A stretch of DNA of 64,000 bases from an uncultured Enterobacterales bacterium (GTDB taxonomy: Bacteria > Myxococcota_A > UBA796 > CAJQPC01), in NCBI GenBank assembly GCA_964519895.1, contig CAZFLE010000008.1:25767-89766 (forward strand). Reading direction: 5' to 3'. The stretch's first letter is position 1, and each line of letters begins with the position of its first letter. A program made the position numbers and the translations under genes. Below the pieces are notes generated by a model. The model ran no database searches and was not told the origin of the DNA. It saw only the letters and a program-made list of their open reading frames with translations. Shown piece after piece: positions 27,685-35,797 of the stretch.

Positions 27685-30468
27685 TCAGCGTCGCCGCCGC
27701 CGGCCACCGGCCACCAGGCCGACCAGCAGCATGAGCCAGGCCGCCGCCGGGTCGACCGGACTGGCGGCGCAGCCGCAGCCACCGGCGTTGAGGCCGGACT
27801 CACCGTCCGGGTCCACGCTGGGGTCGCCGTCGGTCGCGCCGTCGGGATCGGTGCCCGGGTCGGTGCCGGGGTCACCGGTGGGGTCGCCGTCGCCGATCTG
27901 GCTGCTCAGGGCATAGATGCAGACGTCGTCGATGTTCCATCCGCCGAATGCCAGTCCCTGGTCGGACTCCAGGTGCCAGGCCAGCTCGACCGTGCCGTCA
28001 CCGTCCGCGTCCTCGATGCTGTAGGTCGCGAGCGACCAGGCCTCGTCCAGGTGGTGCTCGTCGCCGACGTCGAAGTTCGTGGCGTGGTTCTCCCAGACCT
28101 CCTCGCCGTCGACCTCGACCCAGGCCTCGTCGTAGTAGCCGTCCTCGATGGTGAGCCAGCGGCGGAACTGGAGCAGGAGCGGTGCGCCCTCGCCGCCGCT
28201 GACGTCGATGGCGGGGCTGTACAGGCGGTTGTGCTTGTCGTGCTGGTATTCGCCGTTGTAGTTGCCCGAGCCCAGGTCGTTGCCCCACAGCTGGTCGCCG
28301 GAGAACGCGTCGCTGGGATCGCCGCCGTTGCCCGACGGCCGGCCGAGCTGCCAGTCGTCGGCGCCCAGCTCGTCCACACCGTTCACCAGCTCGTGGCGGA
28401 ATTCGCTGCCGAGCTCGTCTTCGAAGTCGGTGCAGTACAGCTCGACGAGCTCGCCGACGTAGAAGGTGTGCGGGTTGATGGCGCCACCGGCCGGGGCCAT
28501 CTGGACGTCGCCCTCGGCGTCCTCGACGGCCAGGTAGTACTGGACGATCGTGCCGTCGGGCTGGGGCGGGATGAGCCCCGACAGCTCCGAAGTGCTGTCG
28601 ACGGTCATCGTCGCCTGGTGCCAATTTTCACCGCCGTCGGTTGAGAAGTGCACCGTGCCGGCGGTGATCTCGAACTCGTTGCAGTCCGGTGCCAGGTTCA
28701 GCAGCTCGGCATCGACCCACACGTCCTGGTAGGGCAGGTGGTTGTCGACGGTGTTGTGGAGCACGGTGGTGAGGCTCTGGTTGCCACCCGGGCCGAGCCC
28801 GTGCATCTGGAAGGCCTCCAGGATCTGACACTGGTGGGGCGTGCCGTTGCCCAGGTTTCCGTCGTCGTCGTCGGCGACCAGGAACTCGTCGTAGGCGTCC
28901 GGGATCGTGGGGCCGCCCTTGATGCCGTCCGCCAGCAGCTGGCTGGTGACGCGCTGGGCGGCGTCCCGGTCCCCGAGCTCGTCGGTGAGCAGCTGCCACA
29001 GGTCCCACACCGCGCCGGCGAAGATCAGGCCGTCGTAGTGCACCTCGCCGACCCAGTCATCGGGGTAGATGCGGTTGGACTCCATCTCACGGATTCCGGA
29101 GCCGTTCGTCGAGAAGCCGGGGGCCAGGAGCGCATCGTCGGTCAGCAGAGCTGAGATGATGTCGCCGATGCCCTCGGAGATCGAGCCATCGAAGGAGCCG
29201 CTCTGCAGGCTGTAGTAGTGAAAGCCGTGGCCCCACTCGTGGTAGTTGACGTCGGCGATGCGCCCGGTGTTGTTGCAGCCGCTGCCGGCCGTGTAGAAGT
29301 TGACGTTGCCGTCATAGTAGGCGTTGCAGCTGGAGCTCAGGTTCACGTTGCTGCGCAGATCGCTGGTGCTCATCGAGACCTCTGGGGCCGTCGCAAGGCC
29401 CCAGTCCCGCACCTGGTGCAGGAAGATGTAGCTGTCGATCTGGGCCATCGACTCGTCGCCGCTGCGCTCCCAGACAAAGCTCTCCTCGGAGAACACCGCC
29501 TCGAGCTCGCTGCCCGCCTGGTTGTTCACCCGGAGCCAGTCGCCCCGCAGCTCGGTCATGAAGGTGCCGTCCCCGGACGGGTCCAGGTTGAACACGCCGG
29601 TGATGTCGGTGTAGGTCGTGTCGCTGCCGTTGGTCACCTGGGCCAGCGGCACATCGGACTCGGCCAGGTTGCCGTCGACCGTGCGCAGGTCGTGCACGGC
29701 GCTGACGTGGCCTTCCAGGAAGCGGACCTCGTTGTGCACGTTCACCAGCTCGGCGTTGTGTGCGTCGACGAAGTGGACCCAGATGCCCACAGGATCCGCC
29801 GTGCGGGTCCGGATCTCCCAGGTCAGGTCGTAGTGGAGGCCGCCGGACTGCTCGGTCGGGAGCAGCACCAGCCGCGCGCCCTCGAAGCTGTGGTCGGCCT
29901 CGGGCGCCGGCCCCTGGGCGATGGCCTGGCTCAGGGCCAGGTCCTCGCCGATCTCGGGAGATGTGCTGACCCAGTCAGCGCTGGGGTGGGTGTCGATGCC
30001 CAGCAGGATCAGGTTTCCGTGCTTGATCCGCGCGGTCACGCCGCTCCGGTACAGCGGCACACCGTCCACGACGCGATCGAAGTCCACGTACCAGGTGTTG
30101 GTGCGCGCGACGTAGCCGGCGCTCTTCAGGACGAGAGCGTCGGGATCGACGTCGATCAGGTCGGGCTGACGGGCGAAGAAGTCCCGCAGAGCGCGCTCGA
30201 CCTGGTGCTCATCCTCCAGGCTCCCCATCGGGATCCCCGGGCCCCAGGCCCGGTGTGGCGTGCCGGTCCACTCGTCGAACCGTGCCTGCCAGCCAGCACC
30301 CTCGGAGTCCTGGAACTGACGCCACCCTTCGCCGTCTTGAAGTGTGGCCTGGGTGCGCGGGTGGTAGATCGGCAGTCGGTATGGCTCGGTACCGATGTAG
30401 ATGTCATCAGCGGGAGCGAGAGCAAATGCCGGGGCGGGCAGCAGGCCCACGGCGATCAACAAGGACAT
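27685..30468 (-). CDS. Secreted zinc metalloprotease (thermolysin/fungalysin-like gluzincin) with MYXO-CTERM-like tail
   Basis: Start MSLLIAVGLLPAPAFA, with GGAGGG upstream. It has HEWGH (HExxH) followed by SEGIGDIIS (a Glu ligand-like motif). The C-terminus is GGCGCAASPVDPAAAWLMLLVGLVAGGRRRRR. Confidence 0.75.
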   Translation of the reverse strand: MSLLIAVGLLPAPAFALAPADDIYIGTEPYRLPIYHPRTQATLQDGEGWRQFQDSEGAGWQARFDEWTGTPHRAWGPGIPMGSLEDEHQVERALRDFFARQPDLIDVDPDALVLKSAGYVARTNTWYVDFDRVVDGVPLYRSGVTARIKHGNLILLGIDTHPSADWVSTSPEIGEDLALSQAIAQGPAPEADHSFEGARLVLLPTEQSGGLHYDLTWEIRTRTADPVGIWVHFVDAHNAELVNVHNEVRFLEGHVSAVHDLRTVDGNLAESDVPLAQVTNGSDTTYTDITGVFNLDPSGDGTFMTELRGDWLRVNNQAGSELEAVFSEESFVWERSGDESMAQIDSYIFLHQVRDWGLATAPEVSMSTSDLRSNVNLSSSCNAYYDGNVNFYTAGSGCNNTGRIADVNYHEWGHGFHYYSLQSGSFDGSISEGIGDIISALLTDDALLAPGFSTNGSGIREMESNRIYPDDWVGEVHYDGLIFAGAVWDLWQLLTDELGDRDAAQRVTSQLLADGIKGGPTIPDAYDEFLVADDDDGNLGNGTPHQCQILEAFQMHGLGPGGNQSLTTVLHNTVDNHLPYQDVWVDAELLNLAPDCNEFEITAGTVHFSTDGGENWHQATMTVDSTSELSGLIPPQPDGTIVQYYLAVEDAEGDVQMAPAGGAINPHTFYVGELVELYCTDFEDELGSEFRHELVNGVDELGADDWQLGRPSGNGGDPSDAFSGDQLWGNDLGSGNYNGEYQHDKHNRLYSPAIDVSGGEGAPLLLQFRRWLTIEDGYYDEAWVEVDGEEVWENHATNFDVGDEHHLDEAWSLATYSIEDADGDGTVELAWHLESDQGLAFGGWNIDDVCIYALSSQIGDGDPTGDPGTDPGTDPDGATDGDPSVDPDGESGLNAGGCGCAASPVDPAAAWLMLLVGLVAGGRRRRR

Positions 30469-30551
30469 TGGAACCCTCCGTCGGGAGAAGAGGTTCGTTC
30501 GGCAGAGATGATTTCGCAAGCCGTCACACTTCAATCAACACGAATCTTGCA

Positions 30552-32171
30552 GTGCGCCGACAGGGTCTAGACAAGCCCCGGTGGACTCTGGTGTGCTGGG
30601 CACTGTGCCTCGCGCTGCTCCAGGCCTGCTCCAGCGATGCACCGGAGCCCAAGCCTGACTCCGGTCTCCCGGAGCTGCCTGAGCTCGTCGCCGGGCCTGT
30701 GGACCGTGTCGGCGAGGTGCGCGCTCCCCGAGAGATCCAGCTCTTCCTGGTGGGTGAGGTCCGCGGGGAGATCGAGCCCTGCGGCTGCCCGACCCTGCCT
30801 TATGGGGGTTTTGTGCGGCGCCAGGCCCTGCTGGCCCAGGTCTCTGGCTTGGGGATCCCGACATTTCACCTGGACGCGGGCGAGAGTCTGGTCAAGGGAC
30901 TGATCCTGACCGACGCCGGCGCCATGAAGGACCGGGCCGAGCTGTTGGCGGAATTGATGGAGGACGTCGCGGTCGATGCGTGGGTGCCGGGCCCCTCTGA
31001 TCTGGCGCCGGCCGGGCTGAAGGGGCTCAAGGCCCTGTTCCCGGCGGGGACCACGCCCCTCACGAGCGCCACCTGGATCGACCAGGAGGGCGAGCCGCAC
31101 TTTCCCCCGAGCATCGTGCTCTCGCGGGACGGCCTGACGCTTGGCGTGGTGGGCCTCTCCCGCCGTCCCACGTCGCCGGAGCAGCGGGCGATCGTGGGCT
31201 GGCGAGACCCGGTCGACGCCGCCAGAGAGGCGGTGGGGGCGCTCCCCAAAGATCTGGACCTGGTCATTGCGCTCTCCAACCTCCCCAACGAGGACAACGA
31301 TCGGGTCGCGGCCGAGGTGGCCGGGCTCGCCGCGGTGCTCTCCACCGCCGGTGCCCAGCACGACCAGCCCCGGGCGGCCAGTGGTGCGCCGGTCGTCGAG
31401 GTACCGGGCCGGGGGCGCTACGTGACCCTGCTGCGCACCTGGCTGGGGTCGACGGCGGGCCAGCCGCTGGCGTTGGAGACGACCCGGTCCAAGGACCTGA
31501 AGCGGTACGATCAGAGCCGCGTCGCGCTGCGCCGGATGGTGCAGAGCGGCCAGGCCGATCCCACTGCCCAGAGCGCGCTCGAGGGGCGGGTCCAGACCGC
31601 CCTGGCTGCGCTCACGTCGGCCGCCCAGGGACACAACCTGGCGGTGCACGACCTGCGGCCACTGGGCGCTGGCCTGGACAGCGAGGTACCGGTGTCGGCC
31701 CGGATCGCCCGCTACAAGCGCTCGGTGCTGCGCGAGGCACTGGCGGTCGAGACCGCCGAGGTCGAAGAACGCGGTCCGCACTACGCCACAGCATCCGTCT
31801 GTGTCGGCTGTCACCGGCCCCAATTCGCGCGGTGGACCTTCACGTCGCACGCCAAGGCTCACGACACCCTCAAGTCCCGGAACGAGGCGGAGAACCCGGA
31901 GTGCCTGGGGTGCCACACCCTGGGCTTCGGTGAGGAGGGCGGCTTCGGAGAGCTGACGCCGTTCCGCCTCAGCCAGTACGGCGGCGTCCAGTGTGAGGCC
32001 TGCCACGGCATGTTGGCAGGGCACCCCGAGGAGGATGACGTCCGGCCCACTCCTGTCGGGCCCCAGACCTGCTTGCGCTGCCACGACCCGGCCAACTCAC
32101 CGCAGTTCGACTACGACGTCTACCTGCGCAGCGTGCACTGTCCGATCGGCGATGAGATCACGCCCCCTTGA
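30552..32171 (+). CDS. Lipoprotein: degenerate 5'-nucleotidase/metallophosphatase-like region fused to a tetraheme c-type cytochrome
   Basis: GTG start (aa 100 of the track ORF). Lipobox LALLQAC. Four CxxCH motifs (CVGCH, CLGCH, CEACH, CLRCH) lie in the last ~130 aa. The N-terminal region contains GEIEPCGCP. Confidence 0.7.
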   Translation: MRRQGLDKPRWTLVCWALCLALLQACSSDAPEPKPDSGLPELPELVAGPVDRVGEVRAPREIQLFLVGEVRGEIEPCGCPTLPYGGFVRRQALLAQVSGLGIPTFHLDAGESLVKGLILTDAGAMKDRAELLAELMEDVAVDAWVPGPSDLAPAGLKGLKALFPAGTTPLTSATWIDQEGEPHFPPSIVLSRDGLTLGVVGLSRRPTSPEQRAIVGWRDPVDAAREAVGALPKDLDLVIALSNLPNEDNDRVAAEVAGLAAVLSTAGAQHDQPRAASGAPVVEVPGRGRYVTLLRTWLGSTAGQPLALETTRSKDLKRYDQSRVALRRMVQSGQADPTAQSALEGRVQTALAALTSAAQGHNLAVHDLRPLGAGLDSEVPVSARIARYKRSVLREALAVETAEVEERGPHYATASVCVGCHRPQFARWTFTSHAKAHDTLKSRNEAENPECLGCHTLGFGEEGGFGELTPFRLSQYGGVQCEACHGMLAGHPEEDDVRPTPVGPQTCLRCHDPANSPQFDYDVYLRSVHCPIGDEITPP

Positions 32172-32180
32172 ACCGGCGCA

Positions 32181-33257
<1,077 letters not shown>

Positions 33258-33288
33258 GAAGGCGCTCCTGTCCCGGGTTGGACCCGCG

Positions 33289-35298
33289 TCAGCACGTGCT
33301 GAGAAAACGATCGACCTCTTCCCGCTCCATCAGGCCCAGGCTTCGGTCCAGGCAGTGGGAGCAGATGCGGACCACGCCGATGGCCCACACCCCCCTGGAC
33401 TCCAGGTGCGAGCGGTTGCAGAAGGAGCAGCGGGCGTCGTCGGCCGCGAGCAGCTCGGTGCGATTCCGGCTCACTTTGACGACGCAGTGGTCGCAGATCA
33501 CGGCGTCGCTCCCAGCCATCAGGTGGGCGGCCTCGTCGGCGGTGCGGCCACAGGTGGAGCAGTGCACGGCCTCGTCTGTTGCGGCCGGTCGGGGCCCCAG
33601 CTCGGACTGGCGTGGGATCACGTGGCCCAGGAGCGCCCGGACGCGGGCCGAGGCGCCGCGTTGATCGGCCCGATTCACCAGCTGGGCGATGGCCTTGGGG
33701 TCCCCGTACATGGCCAGCCCGGTCTGGGCGGCCACCGCGAGCTCCGGATCCGCCGCGTCGGACCAGCGATCGAGCAGCCGGCGACCGGAGCGAGAGCGGC
33801 GGGCAGCGACCGCCAGCAACACGAGGCTCTGGTACGCGCGGGCGCGATTTCGCTCGTGCTCGACCCGTCGGCGGTGCTCCTCGACATTGGGGGCCGCGTC
33901 GTAGCGGGCCACGGCCGCACGCTTGAGATCGTCTTCTTCGACCCCCAGGCCGCGGGTGAGCACGGGCTCGGGGATCGCGTGGGCGGTCGCCACGGCCTGG
34001 CGACCGAGCTCCGGGTGGAACCGGGCGCCGGGCTCGCGGAGCTGCGTGGCCACGACATCGGCCACCGAGCTTGCGGCCTGGGAGCACGCGGCTTCCCAGA
34101 CCTGGAAGCGCACACCCTCGTCCTGGACCAGGCTCATGCCCTGGAGCATGGCGGGGATCGACGACGGACCCACGGCGCGGAGCTCCTCGAGCAGCACGGC
34201 GATGCGCTCTCGGGTCACGGTCCGGGGCGTCCGCGGCCCGGACTGGAAGGGCAGGCTGTCGAACCGCCGGCACTCGGTGTGCAGGGCCTGGACCAGCCAG
34301 CCGATGTCCCTTGCGGCCCGTCGGGTCCGCGCGAGCTCGACGTAGGAAGAGATGTGGTCGGGGTGGTCCCGCAGGGTCTCCTTGAAGACTCGGACGGCCT
34401 CGGCGGCCCGATCGAGCTCCAACAGCGCGCAGCCCTTGGTGTACCGGGCCAGCAGGTCCGTCGGGTCACAGAGCAGCGCCCGGTCGCAGGCATCGAGGGC
34501 CTGGTCGTGATCCCCGAGCTGGAGGTGGGCCATCGCCACCTGGGCGTGCACCCGTGGAGTCTCCGGGCGGTCCTGGAGGTACTGGCGGAAGTACTGGATG
34601 GCGTTCTTGTACTTGCCCAGCTCATACGCCACGAGGCCCAGGTGGAACCGGGCGGTCGCCGCGTGGTCGTCGTTCTCGCGCAGGCGAAGGAAGAGCCGCT
34701 CGGCCTCCCGAAAGCGGCCCGCGTGCAGACAACCGATGCCCAGATCCCGCAGCAGGGCCGGCAGGACGTGTGGACTGGGCTCGTGCTGCATGGCTTGGAC
34801 CAGGTGGAACTGGGCCCGCTCGTTCAGCCGCTTGGGGTTGCCGTGGACCCGCGCACGCTTTGCCAGGGCACGCCCCAGGTACAGGTGTGTCTCCCAGTCG
34901 TCGGGGGCCAGCCTGCAGGCGTGCTCCAGGGCGGACAGGGCCCGATCCGGCTGCCCCTCGCTGCGGGCGAGGGCCCCCAGTCCCAGGAACAGGTCGGCCC
35001 GTTCCGGTTCGGTGTTCCGGGCCTCCTCGAAGTACTTGTGGGCACCATCGGGTCGACCCAGGCCGACCAGGGACATGCCGGCGGTGATCAGGGCCGGCAC
35101 GTGGCCGGGCTCCAGGCTCAGCACCTTGCGAGCGTGGGACAGGGCCTGGTGGGTCCAGGCTTCGCCACCGCCGTGGTAGAGCCCCTTGGAGAGGCAGGCG
35201 CGGGCGAGTTCGTGGTGGAGCTCGGAGTCGTCGCCGGAATCGGCGACCTGGTGCTGGAGGCGGTCGATCAGCCAGTCCAGCTTCTTGTGCGGGAACAT
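33289..35298 (-). CDS. TPR-repeat protein with two C-terminal ClpX-type C4 zinc fingers
   Basis: 669 aa with multiple TPR-like helices. The C-terminal CSTCGRTADEAAHLMAGSDAVICDHCV and CSFCNRSHLESRGVWAIGVVRICSHCL match the CxxC-x(18-21)-CxxC ClpX zinc-binding domain pattern. Confidence 0.7.
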   Translation of the reverse strand: MFPHKKLDWLIDRLQHQVADSGDDSELHHELARACLSKGLYHGGGEAWTHQALSHARKVLSLEPGHVPALITAGMSLVGLGRPDGAHKYFEEARNTEPERADLFLGLGALARSEGQPDRALSALEHACRLAPDDWETHLYLGRALAKRARVHGNPKRLNERAQFHLVQAMQHEPSPHVLPALLRDLGIGCLHAGRFREAERLFLRLRENDDHAATARFHLGLVAYELGKYKNAIQYFRQYLQDRPETPRVHAQVAMAHLQLGDHDQALDACDRALLCDPTDLLARYTKGCALLELDRAAEAVRVFKETLRDHPDHISSYVELARTRRAARDIGWLVQALHTECRRFDSLPFQSGPRTPRTVTRERIAVLLEELRAVGPSSIPAMLQGMSLVQDEGVRFQVWEAACSQAASSVADVVATQLREPGARFHPELGRQAVATAHAIPEPVLTRGLGVEEDDLKRAAVARYDAAPNVEEHRRRVEHERNRARAYQSLVLLAVAARRSRSGRRLLDRWSDAADPELAVAAQTGLAMYGDPKAIAQLVNRADQRGASARVRALLGHVIPRQSELGPRPAATDEAVHCSTCGRTADEAAHLMAGSDAVICDHCVVKVSRNRTELLAADDARCSFCNRSHLESRGVWAIGVVRICSHCLDRSLGLMEREEVDRFLSTC

Positions 35299-35400
35299 CT
35301 TCGGCGGGGGAGGGCGGCGGGGAGCCGGGGGGATTCTGGGAGGGCCTGGGACGGCCCCGGGGAGGCGTGCTATTCTAACAACGGCACCGACGGAGGGTCC

Positions 35401-35583
35401 ATGACGTTGCGGACACGTCGGGGACAGAGCACCGTCGAGACGGTCATGTTGATCTCGGTCCTGGCGATCGCAATGGTGGCAATGTCCTATGCCTTGATCC
35501 CCGGTCTGCAGGGCGGCCTCCAGGGCCAGCAGCTCATGCTGAGCACGGTCGTCGACGGCGGCGTCGTGGACAAGGGGAGCTGA
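35401..35583 (+). CDS. Mini pilin-like protein 1 (class III signal sequence)
   Basis: 60 aa: MTLRTRRG|QSTVETVMLISVLAIAMVAMSYAL. It has a basic leader, Gly, Glu at +5 and a hydrophobic helix. GGAGGG lies upstream. Confidence 0.5.
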   Translation: MTLRTRRGQSTVETVMLISVLAIAMVAMSYALIPGLQGGLQGQQLMLSTVVDGGVVDKGS

Positions 35584-35585
35584 CG

Positions 35586-35780
35586 ATGAACCTTGCCAAG
35601 AACCTCAGTCGCCGCCGCGGCCAGTCCACGGTCGAGGTGATGCTCCTGATCAGCGTGCTCGTGGTGGCCGTGGTCGCCGCAGGGTTCGCCCTGACCAACG
35701 AAGACAACGGCTTCATCAGCGGCATGCGGGCGATGGCCGACGGCGCTGACACCGTGTTCGCCGAGGAGTATCAACCCTAA
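35586..35780 (+). CDS. Mini pilin-like protein 2 (paralogue of the preceding gene)
   Basis: 64 aa: MNLAKNLSRRRG|QSTVEVMLLISVLVVAVVAAGFAL. It begins 2 nt after gene 1 and shares the RRGQSTVE core. Confidence 0.5.
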   Translation: MNLAKNLSRRRGQSTVEVMLLISVLVVAVVAAGFALTNEDNGFISGMRAMADGADTVFAEEYQP

Positions 35781-35797
35781 GCGGATAGGCGGGCTCC

